A DNA stretch of 64,000 nt from Thermoanaerobaculia bacterium (GTDB taxonomy: Bacteria; Acidobacteriota; Thermoanaerobaculia; UBA5066). The translations under genes were made by a program, and so were the position numbers. Shown here piece after piece: positions 13,338 to 26,517 of this stretch. The stretch is from assembly GCA_963719225.1 (NCBI GenBank), contig CAVRAY010000001.1:896001-960000 (forward strand). Direction: 5' to 3'. The number at the start of each line of letters is the position of its first letter. Position 1 is the stretch's first letter. The notes under the pieces were generated by a model. It saw nothing but the letters and a program-made list of their open reading frames with translations. It had not been told where the DNA came from and searched no databases.

Positions 13338-14405
13338 ATGACGAATACGCCCAGGCGCGCGCTTCTCACCGGGATCACGGGCCAGGACGGTAGCTATCTC
13401 GCCGAGCTCCTTCTCGCGAAAGGCTACGAGGTCCACGGGATCATCCGCCGCTCGTCCTCGTTCAACACCGAGCGCCTCGACCACCTCTATCAGGACCCTC
13501 ACGTGCCGAAGCGGAACCTCGTGCTTCACTACGGCGACCTGAACGACGCGTCCTCCCTGAACCGCATCCTGCGGGTCACGGAGCCGCACGAGATCTACAA
13601 CCTCGGCGCGCAGAGCCACGTGAAGGTCTCCTTCGACGTCCCGGAGTACACGGCCGAGGTCACGGCCGTAGGGGCCACGCGCATCCTCGAAGCGATCCGC
13701 GAGGTGGGGCTCCGTCCGCGCTTCTACCAGGCGTCGTCTTCAGAGATGTTCGGAAAGGTCACGGAGTCGCCTCAGACCGAGACGACCCGCTTCCACCCCC
13801 GGTCGCCGTATGGTGTGGCGAAAGCCTACGCTTATGCCATTACAGTGAATTACCGCGAGGCCTACTCCCTTCATGCCTCGAACGGCATCCTCTTCAACCA
13901 CGAATCCCCGCGCCGCGGCGAGACCTTCGTGACGCGGAAGATCTCGCGCGCGGCCGGACGCATCGCGACCGGCCTCCAGGACGTGCTCTACCTCGGAAAT
14001 CTCGATGCGCGCCGCGACTGGGGATTCGCGGGGGACTTCGTGGAGGCGATGTGGCTCATGCTCCAGCGGGATGAGCCGGGCGACTATGTCGTCGCGACCG
14101 GAGAGACACACACGGTGCGGGAGTTCTGCGATCGCGCCTTCGCGCGGGCCGGCTGCCCGCTTCGCTGGACGGGCTCCGGAGCCGACGAGACGGGCCTCGA
14201 GAAGAAAACAGGCGCCGTGCGCGTGCGCGTCGACGTTGGCTATTTCCGCCCGGCCGAGGTGGACGTCCTTCTCGGGGACGCGTCCAAGGCGCGGCGTGAG
14301 CTGGGCTGGTCGCCGAAGGTGACGTTCGAGGGCCTCGTGAACATGATGGCGGATGCCGATCTCGAGAAAGCGCGTCACGAGTCGGGGGCCGTGCGGCCGG
14401 TGTGA
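13338..14405 (+). CDS. gmd: GDP-mannose 4,6-dehydratase
   Basis: [49 protein letters not shown]. Confidence 0.97.
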   Translation: MTNTPRRALLTGITGQDGSYLAELLLAKGYEVHGIIRRSSSFNTERLDHLYQDPHVPKRNLVLHYGDLNDASSLNRILRVTEPHEIYNLGAQSHVKVSFDVPEYTAEVTAVGATRILEAIREVGLRPRFYQASSSEMFGKVTESPQTETTRFHPRSPYGVAKAYAYAITVNYREAYSLHASNGILFNHESPRRGETFVTRKISRAAGRIATGLQDVLYLGNLDARRDWGFAGDFVEAMWLMLQRDEPGDYVVATGETHTVREFCDRAFARAGCPLRWTGSGADETGLEKKTGAVRVRVDVGYFRPAEVDVLLGDASKARRELGWSPKVTFEGLVNMMADADLEKARHESGAVRPV

Positions 14406-15499
14406 GTCGAGCCCCGGACCTGGCCGCGCGCCTCACGGAGCGCATTCGCCGCGAAGGCCCGATCCGATTTGACGTCTTCCAGGAAGCGGCGCTTTACGAT
14501 CCGAAGGACGGGTACTACGAGCGCCCGGGGCGAATTGGTCGCACGGGCGATTTCGTAACAGGTCCGTCCTGGCATCCCGCCTTTGGTCGGGCGATGGCGC
14601 GGATCGCGCTGCGGCTCGGCCTCCCCGACATCGTGGACGTCGGGGCCGGGGAAGGCGAGCTGCTCTCGGCGGCGGACGTCGCGCTTCGCACGTGGGGCGT
14701 CCGCGAGCACTTCCGTCTCGTGGGCATCGAGCGCTCGGCCGTGCGCCGCGAACGAGCCCAGCGGAACTGCCCCAACGCCGCATGGCTTTCTTCACTCGAA
14801 GAAATCCCCTCTTCTTCTCTTTCCGGACTGATCGTCGCCTACGAGTTTTTCGATGCGCTTCCGGTGAGGGCGCTTTTCTTCGAAGGTAAAAAGCTGCTGG
14901 AGCGCGTCGTGACGCTGGGGCCGGGCCGCGAGGGGTTCGCGTGGGGCGTCGCCGATTGCGCGGACGGCGCCGAAATGCTCGAGCGGTTCGAGAGCAAGGG
15001 TATCCACCTTCTAAGAAATCAAAAACTGGAGGTGCGCCCCGGCGCAGCAGGTTTGGCGAGGAGTCTGGCCGCGCGTCTTTCCTGCGGCCTCCTCCTGGTC
15101 TTCGACTATGGCGCTCCCGCGCGTGCTCTCTACTCCGCGGCGCGCGCGAACGGGACGCTCGAAGCGTTTCACGCGCACGCCGTCACGCGCGACGTGCTTT
15201 CCGACCCGGGGAAGAAAGACGTCACGGCCTGGGTGGACTTTACGGAACTGCACGACGTGCTTGCGTCGTGCGGCCTCGACGTGGCCGGGCCCGTGAGCCA
15301 GGCACGCGTCCTGTCGGCCGCCGGCATCGGAGCCGAGCTCGAGGACGCCGGGGACCAGGTTCCCAGCGCGGAACGCGCGGCCGACCGCAACGCGATCGTG
15401 CGCCTCGTCGCGCCGGGCGGAATGGGGGAGTCGATCCGCGTCCTCCTCGCTTCCCGCGGCTCGGATGTGAAGGACACTCTCCTCGCCTGGCCGGAGTAA
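14402..15499 (+). CDS. SAM-dependent methyltransferase, NDUFAF7/MidA (DUF185) family
   Basis: [60 protein letters not shown]. Confidence 0.88.
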   Translation: MSRAPDLAARLTERIRREGPIRFDVFQEAALYDPKDGYYERPGRIGRTGDFVTGPSWHPAFGRAMARIALRLGLPDIVDVGAGEGELLSAADVALRTWGVREHFRLVGIERSAVRRERAQRNCPNAAWLSSLEEIPSSSLSGLIVAYEFFDALPVRALFFEGKKLLERVVTLGPGREGFAWGVADCADGAEMLERFESKGIHLLRNQKLEVRPGAAGLARSLAARLSCGLLLVFDYGAPARALYSAARANGTLEAFHAHAVTRDVLSDPGKKDVTAWVDFTELHDVLASCGLDVAGPVSQARVLSAAGIGAELEDAGDQVPSAERAADRNAIVRLVAPGGMGESIRVLLASRGSDVKDTLLAWPE

Positions 15500-15618
15500 T
15501 GCATTCGCATTGATTGACTTGGAGGGGGGGCGGCAAGAGAATCGCCGCGACCGTCGCCAGTGAGGGTTCCTTGCGAAAAGGCGCGGTTCCGCGAGGAGTG
15601 TGGGTCAGAATGCCGTCC

Positions 15619-15975
15619 ATGGCGAACTATCTGCCGATCCTGTACTTCGCGCTCATGGCGGCCCTGCTGCCGGTGGCGGCAATCGGCCTCATGTCGTTCG
15701 TGAGGCCTTCCAAGCCGACCGTCACGAAACTCTCCCCCTACGAGTGCGGCATCGCGGCGCCGACCGAGGCTTTCGACCACCGGTTCTCGGTGCGTTACTA
15801 CCTCATCGCCGTGCTGTTCGTGGTCTTCGACGTGGAGACGATCTTCCTCTTTCCGTGGGCGGTCATGTATCACCGGCTCAGGATTTTCGGCCTCGTCGAG
15901 ATGCTCATTTTTCTCGCGATTCTCGTCGTCGGTTATGCGTACGCGTGGAGGCGGGGGGCGCTCACATGGGCGTGA
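15619..15975 (+). CDS. nuoA: NADH-quinone oxidoreductase subunit A
   Basis: [20 protein letters not shown], three TM helices. Confidence 0.96.
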   Translation: MANYLPILYFALMAALLPVAAIGLMSFVRPSKPTVTKLSPYECGIAAPTEAFDHRFSVRYYLIAVLFVVFDVETIFLFPWAVMYHRLRIFGLVEMLIFLAILVVGYAYAWRRGALTWA

Positions 15976-16451
15976 TGGAGAACTCGCTTCCCGACAACGT
16001 CCTCACGACGACGCTCGACGGCGTCGTCAACTGGGCGCGCAAGAACTCGATCTGGCCGATGCAGTTCGGCCTCGCCTGCTGCGCGATCGAGATGATGGCC
16101 GTCGTGGACAGCCGGCACGATCTCGCGCGCTTCGGCGCCGAGGTCTTCCGGGGATCTCCGCGGCAATGCGACCTCATGCTCGTCGCCGGGACCGTGACGG
16201 AGAAGATGGCGCCGATCATCAAACGCCTCTACGACCAGATGCCCGATCCGAAGTGGGTCATCGCCATGGGCTCGTGCGCGATGTGCGGCGGCCCTTATCG
16301 CAGCTACGCGGTGACGCAGGGCGTGGACCGCATCGTGCCGGTGGACGTGTACGTGCCCGGCTGCCCGCCGCGGCCCGAGGCGCTCCTCTACGGCATCATG
16401 GAGCTCCAGAAGAAGATCGAGAAGATGCGCGTCCTGAGGCGCGTCTCGTGA
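15966..16451 (+). CDS. nuoB: NADH-quinone oxidoreductase subunit B
   Basis: [30 protein letters not shown] (N2 ligands). Confidence 0.97.
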   Translation: MGVMENSLPDNVLTTTLDGVVNWARKNSIWPMQFGLACCAIEMMAVVDSRHDLARFGAEVFRGSPRQCDLMLVAGTVTEKMAPIIKRLYDQMPDPKWVIAMGSCAMCGGPYRSYAVTQGVDRIVPVDVYVPGCPPRPEALLYGIMELQKKIEKMRVLRRVS

Positions 16452-16463
16452 CGGGGCTTTCGC

Positions 16464-17114
16464 GTGGCTGACGAAACCCCGAAGGAGCCGGCTGCCCCCG
16501 GAGCGGCCCCGCCGAAGCCCGCCCCGGCGCCCGCAGCAGCCGCTGCGGCTGCCGCCAAGAAGGGTCCCGTCGCCACCGACGCGTCCCAGAAATCGCTCGT
16601 GGCATCTCTCGCGGCCGCCGTGCCGGACGCCGTCCTGTCTGCGAAGGAGTTCGTGGGCGAGACCACGGTCGACGTGGCGCTCGAGAAGATCGTCGACGCG
16701 TGCCGGCACCTGAAGAAAGAGTCCTTCACGTATCTCGTCGATCTCACGGCCGTGGACTGGAAGGACCGCAAGCCGCGGTTCGACGTCGTTTATTACTTGC
16801 ACTCGTTCGAACGGAACAACGAGCGTGTCCGACTGAAGGTGAAGGTCGAAGAGGGCCAGCCTTGCCCGTCGGCCACGGCCGCGTTCGAGGTCGCGAACTG
16901 GATGGAGCGCGAGGTCTTCGACCTCTTCGGCATCCCGTTCGCGAACCATCCGGACCTCCGCCGCATCCTGACCTGGGAAGGCTTCAACGGGCATCCGCTC
17001 CGGAAGGACTTTCCGGTCGAGGGGATCGACACGGGCGCGGCGATCTACCCAGACCGGTATCCCGAAGGCGGCGGCCCCGCCCCGGACGACCCGAACCGGA
17101 AGACGCTCTCGTGA
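16464..17114 (+). CDS. nuoC: NADH-quinone oxidoreductase subunit C
   Basis: ANWMEREVFDLFGI, HPDLRRIL, GHPLRKDFP; Ala/Pro-rich N-terminus. Confidence 0.96.
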   Translation: MADETPKEPAAPGAAPPKPAPAPAAAAAAAAKKGPVATDASQKSLVASLAAAVPDAVLSAKEFVGETTVDVALEKIVDACRHLKKESFTYLVDLTAVDWKDRKPRFDVVYYLHSFERNNERVRLKVKVEEGQPCPSATAAFEVANWMEREVFDLFGIPFANHPDLRRILTWEGFNGHPLRKDFPVEGIDTGAAIYPDRYPEGGGPAPDDPNRKTLS

Positions 17115-18271
17115 GCGCGCACGTGGAAAACGGGGGGCAGTCGCCCGAGACCGAGGATCACACCCTCCTCGGACTTCGGGAGATGGAGCTGAACTTCGGC
17201 CCGCAGCATCCGTCCACGCACGGCGTCCTGCGCATCGTCCTGAAGGTGGACGGCGAGCGCATCGTCTCGGCGCGGCCCGAGATCGGCTACCTCCACCGCG
17301 GCACCGAGAAGCTGTTCGAGACCGAGACGTATCCGATGGTCATTCCTCACACGGACCGGATGGACTACGTCGCGGCGGCCACGAACAACCACGCCTACTG
17401 CCTGACGGTCGAGAAGCTTCTGGGTCTCGAGATACCCAAGAGGGCCCAGTACATCCGTGTCCTCCTCGACGAGATGCAGCGCATTTCGTCGCACCTGCTC
17501 TGGCTCGCGACGGCGGGAATCGACCTCGGCGCGATGACGCCGTTCTTCTACACGTTCCGCGAGCGCGAGGCGATCCTCGACCTCTTCGAGGAGTACTGCG
17601 GAGCGCGCCTGACGCTCCACTGCATGCGCATCGGCGGCCTCCTCGAGGACCTCACCCCCGGCTGGATCGAGAAAGTCCGCACGTTCGCGCTGCCCTTCGA
17701 CAAGCGCGTCGACGAATACGAGGAGCTCCTGACCGAGAACCGGATCTGGAAAAAGCGCACGATCGACGTCGGCATCCTGAATGCCGAGCGGTGCATCGAG
17801 ATGGGCGTCACGGGCCCGCCGCTCCGGGCGGCCGGCGTCAAGTGGGACATCCGGCGGGCGATCCCGTACGAATGCTACCCGGAGCTGGATTTCGAGATCC
17901 CGATCTACCAGAACGCCGACACGTACGACCGCTATCTCGTCCGGATCGCCGAGCTCCGCCAGAGCCGGCGAATCCTCCTGCAATGCTGTGACTGGCTGGA
18001 GAAGAACCCCGAGGGCCCGATCCGCGGCAAGACACCGCGCGTCATCAAGCCTGCCGTGGGAGAGGTCTACGCCGCGGTCGAGGCGCCGAAGGGCGAGCTC
18101 GGCTTCTACCTCGTCTCGAACGGGACGAACAAGCCGTACCGCCTCCACGTGCGGCCGCCGAGCTTCATCAACCTCCAGGCGCTGCCCGAGATGGCCGTCG
18201 GCCACCTCGTCTCGGACCTCGTCGCGATCATCGGCACGATCGACATCGTCCTGGGTGAGGTCGATCGCTGA
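17111..18271 (+). CDS. nuoD: NADH-quinone oxidoreductase subunit D
   Basis: NFGPQHPSTHGVLR, IGYLHRGTEK, EAPKGELG, DIVLGEVDR. Confidence 0.97.
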   Translation: MSAHVENGGQSPETEDHTLLGLREMELNFGPQHPSTHGVLRIVLKVDGERIVSARPEIGYLHRGTEKLFETETYPMVIPHTDRMDYVAAATNNHAYCLTVEKLLGLEIPKRAQYIRVLLDEMQRISSHLLWLATAGIDLGAMTPFFYTFREREAILDLFEEYCGARLTLHCMRIGGLLEDLTPGWIEKVRTFALPFDKRVDEYEELLTENRIWKKRTIDVGILNAERCIEMGVTGPPLRAAGVKWDIRRAIPYECYPELDFEIPIYQNADTYDRYLVRIAELRQSRRILLQCCDWLEKNPEGPIRGKTPRVIKPAVGEVYAAVEAPKGELGFYLVSNGTNKPYRLHVRPPSFINLQALPEMAVGHLVSDLVAIIGTIDIVLGEVDR

Positions 18272-19452
18272 TGGAAATTTCCCCGTCTCTCCTCAACAAC
18301 GTCCTCATTCCCGTGGTGAAGGCGATCGTGATCGTCAACGTCATGGCGATCATGTCCGGCGTCCTCACGATCATCGAGCGGCGCTCCCTCGCGTTCCTGC
18401 AGGTCCGCAAGGGCCCGAACCGCGTCGGCTGGGAAGGCTCGCTCCAGTGGGTCGCCGACACGGTCAAGCTCATGTTCAAGGAAGACGTCGTTCCGGCGAA
18501 GGCGGAGCACCTGATCCACTTCCTCGCGCCCGTGCTCGTCGTGGTCCCGGCTCTCACGGTTTTCGCCGTGATTCCGTGGGGCCCCGAGTTCACGTTCCGC
18601 GTGCGAGGCCTCGGGAAGATCACGACGGGCGCGTTCGCGACGGACCTGAACGTTGGACTCCTCTTCGTCCTCGCCGTCACGTCGATCGGGATCTACGGGA
18701 TCATCCTCGGAGGCTGGGCGTCGAACTCGAAGTACGCGCTCCTCGGCGGCCTGCGCTCGGCGGCCCAGCTCATCAGCTACGAGGTGCCGATGGGGTTTGC
18801 GGTCGTGTCCGTGATCCTCATGTCGCGCTCCCTCTCGCTCGTCGAGATCATCGAGGCGCAGCGGCGGATGCACCTCTGGTTCGTCTTCCCGGGCCTCCTC
18901 GCGTTCTTTCTCTACTTCCTCTCGGGCGTCGCCGAGACCAACCGCATCCCGTTCGACCTCCCGGAGGCCGAAAGCGAGCTCGTGGCGGGCTTCCACACCG
19001 AGTACTCGGGAATCAAGTGGTCCTTCTTCTTCCTCGGCGAATACGCGAACATGGTGACGGTCTCGGCGATCGCGACGACTCTCTTCTTCGGCGGCTGGCT
19101 GCGGCCGTTCCCGAGCGTCACCGCGCTTTCCTTCCTCGACTGGATCCCGGGAATCGCGTGGTTCCTCGGCAAGATCTTCGTCTTCATGCTCGTCTACATC
19201 TGGTTCCGGGGCACGTTCCCGCGCTATCGCTTCGACCAGCTCATGAACCTCGGCTGGAAGACGCTCATTCCGCTCTCCCTCGTGAACGTCGTCGTGATCG
19301 CCGTCGCCGCCCTGAACGGCCGACGCGGTCTCCAGGGGCTCGCCTGGATCCTCTGCGGCGCGTTCGTCCTCGCTCTCGTTTTCACGACACGCTCCCGGGC
19401 GAGGGCCATGCGCATGGCGCACCCGGTTTCCCCCGCGGAGGTCCGCACATGA
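18271..19452 (+). CDS. nuoH: NADH-quinone oxidoreductase subunit H
   Basis: ERR...Q.RKGPNRVG, SNSKYALLGGLR, AETNRIPFDLPEAESELVAGF, PRYRFDQLM. Confidence 0.97.
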   Translation: MEISPSLLNNVLIPVVKAIVIVNVMAIMSGVLTIIERRSLAFLQVRKGPNRVGWEGSLQWVADTVKLMFKEDVVPAKAEHLIHFLAPVLVVVPALTVFAVIPWGPEFTFRVRGLGKITTGAFATDLNVGLLFVLAVTSIGIYGIILGGWASNSKYALLGGLRSAAQLISYEVPMGFAVVSVILMSRSLSLVEIIEAQRRMHLWFVFPGLLAFFLYFLSGVAETNRIPFDLPEAESELVAGFHTEYSGIKWSFFFLGEYANMVTVSAIATTLFFGGWLRPFPSVTALSFLDWIPGIAWFLGKIFVFMLVYIWFRGTFPRYRFDQLMNLGWKTLIPLSLVNVVVIAVAALNGRRGLQGLAWILCGAFVLALVFTTRSRARAMRMAHPVSPAEVRT

Positions 19453-19919
19453 GCTTCTGGGACGACGTCCTCCTTCTCGACATCTTCGCGGGTCTCAAGA
19501 CGACCGGCAGGCACCTGTTCCGCAAGGCCGACACGGTCGAGTATCCCGAGCAGGCGAGAGAGCCGAGCGACCGCTTCCGCGGAATGTTCCGCCTCGACGA
19601 GGAGCGCTGCATCAAGTGCACGCTCTGCGCGATCGAGTGTCCGATCAACATCATCTTCATCGACTGGCACAACGAAAAGAACGAGGCGGGCAAGAACGAA
19701 AAGGTCCTCGACCGATTCGATCTCGACCTCAAGCGCTGCATGTTCTGCGGCCTCTGCGAAGACGCGTGCCCGACGAACCCGAAGTCCATCTGGCTGAAGA
19801 CGAAGACGTACGAGCTGGGAACGTACGAGAGGGACGACGCCCTCTACCTCGACATCCGGAAGCTCACGAGCTGGGACCACAACGTGAAGCCCTTCACGTT
19901 GGTCGAGAAGGGCGAATAG
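19449..19919 (+). CDS. nuoI: NADH-quinone oxidoreductase subunit I
   Basis: Two CxxCxxCxxxCP motifs (CIKCTLCAIECP, CMFCGLCEDACP). Confidence 0.96.
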   Translation: MSFWDDVLLLDIFAGLKTTGRHLFRKADTVEYPEQAREPSDRFRGMFRLDEERCIKCTLCAIECPINIIFIDWHNEKNEAGKNEKVLDRFDLDLKRCMFCGLCEDACPTNPKSIWLKTKTYELGTYERDDALYLDIRKLTSWDHNVKPFTLVEKGE

Positions 19920-19924
19920 GCGGG

Positions 19925-20530
19925 ATGGGCGAGCCGTTCATCTTCTGGCTGTTCGCCGCGATCGTGACGATCGGCGCCGTCGGCGTCGTCGCCATGCGGC
20001 AGCCGGTCCACTCGGCCATCTGCCTGCTCGGGTCGTTCCTCGGCGTCGCCGGGCTCTTCGTCCTCGCGCACGCCGAGTTTCTCGGCGCCGTTCAGGTCCT
20101 CGTCTACGCGGGCGGGATCATGGTGCTGTTCCTCTTCACGATCATGCTCGTCAACGTGCGGCGCACGGCGGGGGAGCCCTTCGTGCACACGCAGGCCGGC
20201 CTGGGCCTCGTCGCGGGGTTCCTTCTTCTCGCGGTCGTGGGCGGGACCGTGGTCGCGTCCTACCGCGTCCGTTCCCTCTCCGAGCTCGGCGCGGCCGCCG
20301 ACCCGACCCGGCTCTCCTCGACGCCCATCACGCGCACGGTGACCGAGGTCGTGGACGGAAAGAAAGTCTCGACGAACGTCACGGAGGACGTGAAGGGAAA
20401 CAGCCAGGCCGTCGCCTGGGGGCTCTACCGCGACTACCTGCTCCCCTTCGAGGTCGCTTCGGTGTTCCTGCTCGTCGCGATGATCGGCGCCGTCGTGCTC
20501 GGAAAACGGACGATGGAGAAAGTCGACTGA
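19925..20530 (+). CDS. nuoJ: NADH-quinone oxidoreductase subunit J
   Basis: AEFLGAVQVLVYAGGIMVLFLF, YLLPFEVAS. Confidence 0.95.
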   Translation: MGEPFIFWLFAAIVTIGAVGVVAMRQPVHSAICLLGSFLGVAGLFVLAHAEFLGAVQVLVYAGGIMVLFLFTIMLVNVRRTAGEPFVHTQAGLGLVAGFLLLAVVGGTVVASYRVRSLSELGAAADPTRLSSTPITRTVTEVVDGKKVSTNVTEDVKGNSQAVAWGLYRDYLLPFEVASVFLLVAMIGAVVLGKRTMEKVD

Positions 20531-20832
20531 TGATCGGCGTCACGCACTACGTCGCGCTCTCGTTCGTGCTCTTCGCCATCGGCGTCACGGGCGTCCTCAT
20601 CCGGCGGAACCTTCTGACGGTCCTGATGTCGATCGAGCTCATCCTCAACGCCGCGAACCTGAACCTGATCGCGTTCTCGCGCCACCTGGGCGACCTCAAC
20701 GGCCAGCTCTTCGCGGTGTTCGTCATCACGCTCGCCGCCGGCGAGGCCGCGATCGGCCTCGCGATCATCATCTCCATGTACCGCCTCAAAGGCTCCGTGA
20801 ACCTCGACGACGCCTCCGAGCTGAAGGGATAG
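20530..20832 (+). CDS. nuoK: NADH-quinone oxidoreductase subunit K
   Basis: RRNLL..LMSIELILNA, AAGEAAIGLA. Confidence 0.96.
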   Translation: MIGVTHYVALSFVLFAIGVTGVLIRRNLLTVLMSIELILNAANLNLIAFSRHLGDLNGQLFAVFVITLAAGEAAIGLAIIISMYRLKGSVNLDDASELKG

Positions 20833-20835
20833 CGC

Positions 20836-23124
<2,289 letters not shown>

Positions 23125-23134
23125 AGGACGGCGA

Positions 23135-24805
23135 ATGAACGGACTCCTGTCGCTCCTCATCTTCCTGCCGGTCATCGGCACGCTCGCCGTGCTCTTCGTG
23201 CCGCGCGAGAAGCCCTCGGTCATCAAATGGGTCACGACGTTCTTCGCGGGCGCCGAGTTCCTGCTCTCGATCCCCCTCTGGACGTTCGCGGGCTTCCGCA
23301 AATCCGGCGACTTCTTCTTCCGCGAGACGCACGACTGGATCCCCTCTCTCGGCGCGAAGTACGCGCTCGGCGTGGACGGCATCGCGGCGCTGTTGATCCT
23401 CCTCACGACGCTCCTCTCCTTCATCTCCGTCTACGCGTCGTTCTCGGCGATCACGAAACGCGAGAAGGAGTACTACGCGTTCCTCCTCCTGCTCGAGACG
23501 GGCATGATCGGCGTCTTCTGCGCGCTCGACTTCTTCCTCTTCTACGTGTTCTGGGAAGTGATGCTCGTGCCGATGTACTTCCTCATCGGTATCTGGGGCG
23601 GGCCGCGCAAGCTGTACGCCGCGATCAAGTTCTTCCTGTACACGCTCGCGGGCTCGGTCGTGATGCTGCTCGCGATCATCGCGCTCTACTTCTTCAACAC
23701 GTCCGGCTTCCTCTGGTGGAAGGGCCTCGGAAACGCGCCGACGTTCGACATCGTCCACTTCCAGGCGATCGCCTCTTCGATTCCGGGAGACCTACAGCTC
23801 TGGCTCTTCTGGGCCTTCTTCATCGGCTTCGCGATCAAGGTGCCGATGTTCCCGTTCCACACGTGGCTCCCGGACGCTCACGTCGAGGCGCCGACGGCGG
23901 GCTCGGTCATCCTCGCGGGCGTCCTCCTGAAGATGGGGACGTACGGGTTCCTCCGGTTCTCGCTGCCGCTCTGCCCCGACGCGCTCTACTCGAAGGCGCG
24001 CTTCCTCGGGCTCACGACGGTGGGCTGGGTCGCGGCGCTCTCGATCGTCGGCATCGTCTACGGGTCGATGGTCGCGATGGTCCAGAAGGACATGAAGAAG
24101 CTCGTCGCGTACTCGTCCGTCGCGCACCTCGGCTTCGTCATGCTGGGCCTCTTCGCGCTGAACAACGCGGGTATCCAGGGCGGAATCCTGCAGTCCATCA
24201 ACCACGGGCTCTCGACGGGCGGGCTCTTCCTCCTCGTGGGGATCGTCTACGAGAGGACGCACACCCGCATGATCGCGGACTACGGCGGCCTCTCGGGCGT
24301 CATGCCCGTCTACGCGATGCTCTTCATGGTCATCCTGCTCGCGTCGATCGGCCTGCCGCTCCTGAACGGGTTCGTCGGCGAGTTCACGATCCTCACGGGA
24401 GCCTTCCTCGCGGACTGGCGCTGGGCCGCATGGGCGAGCCTCGGTGTCATCCTCGGGGCCGCATACATGCTTTGGCTCTACCAGCGCGTCTTCTTCGGGG
24501 AGATGACGCAGGAGAAGAACAAGAGCCTCGAGGACGTGAACCTGCGCGAAATCCTCACCCTCGCACCCCTCATCGCCATGTGCGTCTGGATCGGCGTCTA
24601 TCCGAAGCCGTTCTTCGAGATGACGGCGAAGTCAGCCGAGAAGATCGTCGCGACCGTTTCGGCGCCCGGCTTGCGCCACGCGGCCCGGGAAGCCGCGCCC
24701 CGCCTCGCGTCCGCGACGTCGCCGGGAGCGCCCTCGGCCGCCCTGCCCGCGGCGGCTGCGGCGGCTGCCGCTGCAGCCCCGGCCGCCGTGGTGGAGGTCA
24801 AGTAG
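23135..24805 (+). CDS. nuoM: NADH-quinone oxidoreductase subunit M
   Basis: FWEVMLVPMY, KVPMFPFHTWLPDAHVEAPT, LLKMGTYG. Confidence 0.97.
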   Translation: MNGLLSLLIFLPVIGTLAVLFVPREKPSVIKWVTTFFAGAEFLLSIPLWTFAGFRKSGDFFFRETHDWIPSLGAKYALGVDGIAALLILLTTLLSFISVYASFSAITKREKEYYAFLLLLETGMIGVFCALDFFLFYVFWEVMLVPMYFLIGIWGGPRKLYAAIKFFLYTLAGSVVMLLAIIALYFFNTSGFLWWKGLGNAPTFDIVHFQAIASSIPGDLQLWLFWAFFIGFAIKVPMFPFHTWLPDAHVEAPTAGSVILAGVLLKMGTYGFLRFSLPLCPDALYSKARFLGLTTVGWVAALSIVGIVYGSMVAMVQKDMKKLVAYSSVAHLGFVMLGLFALNNAGIQGGILQSINHGLSTGGLFLLVGIVYERTHTRMIADYGGLSGVMPVYAMLFMVILLASIGLPLLNGFVGEFTILTGAFLADWRWAAWASLGVILGAAYMLWLYQRVFFGEMTQEKNKSLEDVNLREILTLAPLIAMCVWIGVYPKPFFEMTAKSAEKIVATVSAPGLRHAAREAAPRLASATSPGAPSAALPAAAAAAAAAAPAAVVEVK

Positions 24806-24808
24806 GCC

Positions 24809-26272
24809 GTGCCGTTTCCCGCCGGCGATACGCTGCTCATCCTGCCGGAGCTGTTCCTGACGACGGCCGCTTCGGTCGTCCTCCTCTGGGCGACGTTCGT
24901 GAGCCGCGCGAAGGAGCGCGCCCTCGCCCTTTTCTCGGTCGGCGCCCTCGCCGCGACGGGCCTCCTCCTGTTCGTGTCCGCGCGGCTGGCGGGAGTCCTT
25001 CCCCGGAGCGCCTTCGGCGGCATGCTCGTCATGGACCGGTTCGGCCTTTACTTCAAGGCGATCCTCCTCGTCGTCGGGATCGTGACGATCCTGTTCTCGC
25101 TGCGCTTCGTCGGCGTGTCGCCTTATCCGGGCGGCGAGTACTACGGCCTGATCCTCTTCTCGACAGTCGGCATGCTCTTCATGGCTTCCGGGACGCACCT
25201 CGCCTCGATCGTGGTCGCGCTCGAGCTCATGGCGCTCTCGCAGTACGTCCTCGCGGGCTATTTCAAGCGCGAGACGAAGTCCCTCGAGGCGGCCGCGAAA
25301 TACTTCGTGCTGGGGGCATTCTCGTCCGGCATCCTCATTTACGGGATCTCTCTCGTCTACGGCGCCTCGGGAACGCTCTCTCTCGCGGGCATCGCGGCGG
25401 CCTTCACGGCGGGGAAGACGCCGGCGTTTCTCGTCATCGGGATCATCCTCGTCGGCTGCGGCATGTTCTTCAAGATCGCGTCGGCGCCTTTCCACGTCTG
25501 GGCCCCGGACGTGTACGAAGGCGCGCCCACGCCGATCTCGGCGTTCTTCGCGGTCGGCCCGAAGCTCGCGGCGTACGCGATCTTCGCCCGGATCTTCTTC
25601 GTGGGCTTCGGCCCGCGTGCGGGCGACTGGTCGGCGGTCATCGCGGCCTCGGCGGCTCTCACGATGATCGTCGGGAACGTCGGCGCGCTCATGCAGACGA
25701 ACGTGAAACGGCTCCTCGGCTATTCGTCGATCGGACACGCCGGCTACGTGCTCCTCGGCCTCCTGGCCTACGGGGACGCGGGCGGCATCGGGCTCTGGTC
25801 GATCCTCGTCTATCTCCTCGCCTACGCGTTCATGAACCTCGGGGCCTTCGGCCTCGTGATCCTTCTCGAGTCGAAGGGCTATGCCGGGGAGAGCGTGGAC
25901 GACTTCAACGGCCTCGCGCGCAAGAATCCGTGGATGGCCGCCGCGATGCTCGTTTTCCTTCTCTCTCTCGCCGGGATCCCGCCCACGGCGGGATTCGTGG
26001 GCAAGTACTTCCTGTTCTCGGCGGCGATGAAGGCGGGCTGGTTCTGGCTCGCGCTCCTCGCGGTCCTCATGTCGGCGGTCTCGCTCTTCTACTACTTCCG
26101 GATCGCGCGCGCGATGTATCTCGTCGAGGGCGAGGGCACGCTTTACTGGCGCGAGGAGCCTGCCGTCTCCGCGGCGATCGCGCTCTGCGCCGCCGGGACG
26201 CTCGCGATGGGCATCCTGCCCGGGCCGTTCGTCCAGTTCGCGCGGACGTGTCTCCTGCCGTTCGGGCCGTGA
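24809..26272 (+). CDS. nuoN: NADH-quinone oxidoreductase subunit N
   Basis: EAAAKYF, FKIASAPFHVWAPDVYEGAP, KRLLGYSSIGHAG, GIPPTAGFVGK. Confidence 0.97.
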   Translation: MPFPAGDTLLILPELFLTTAASVVLLWATFVSRAKERALALFSVGALAATGLLLFVSARLAGVLPRSAFGGMLVMDRFGLYFKAILLVVGIVTILFSLRFVGVSPYPGGEYYGLILFSTVGMLFMASGTHLASIVVALELMALSQYVLAGYFKRETKSLEAAAKYFVLGAFSSGILIYGISLVYGASGTLSLAGIAAAFTAGKTPAFLVIGIILVGCGMFFKIASAPFHVWAPDVYEGAPTPISAFFAVGPKLAAYAIFARIFFVGFGPRAGDWSAVIAASAALTMIVGNVGALMQTNVKRLLGYSSIGHAGYVLLGLLAYGDAGGIGLWSILVYLLAYAFMNLGAFGLVILLESKGYAGESVDDFNGLARKNPWMAAAMLVFLLSLAGIPPTAGFVGKYFLFSAAMKAGWFWLALLAVLMSAVSLFYYFRIARAMYLVEGEGTLYWREEPAVSAAIALCAAGTLAMGILPGPFVQFARTCLLPFGP

Positions 26273-26517
26273 GCGAAGAGGGGCCTCGCGGCAGCCCGGA
26301 GTCCCGGCGCTTCCTCGGCGACGTCCTGACGTTCGGCTGGGTCCTGCCGGCGGCGATCGCCGCAGGAGCGGGTCTCGGCTATCTCGGGGATCGCCTTTTC
26401 GGAATCTTTCCGGTGCTGACGGCGACGCTCGGGGTGGTCGGATTCGCCGCGGGCCTCCGGCAGATCTACCGTGAGTCGGGGACGCTTGCCGGCGGCGGCA
26501 AGGGACCTCCGGAGTGA
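26269..26517 (+). CDS. AtpZ/AtpI-family small membrane protein
   Basis: Tail of ORF 23227..26517 from GTG 26269: two TM helices with GAGLGYLGDRLFG...LGVVGFAAG; lies upstream of atpB. Confidence 0.75.
   Translation: MSEEGPRGSPESRRFLGDVLTFGWVLPAAIAAGAGLGYLGDRLFGIFPVLTATLGVVGFAAGLRQIYRESGTLAGGGKGPPE

Noticed and set aside
15498-15511. AATGC-ATTC-GCATT palindrome upstream of nuoA as a Fur-like operator
   Set aside because: Short, single copy, overlaps a stop codon and does not fit the 7-1-7 Fur geometry.
24720-24800. Poly-Ala/Pro tracts in the NuoM C-terminus and NuoC N-terminus as repeats
   Set aside because: Ordinary low-complexity linkers with mixed codons and no DNA-level unit.
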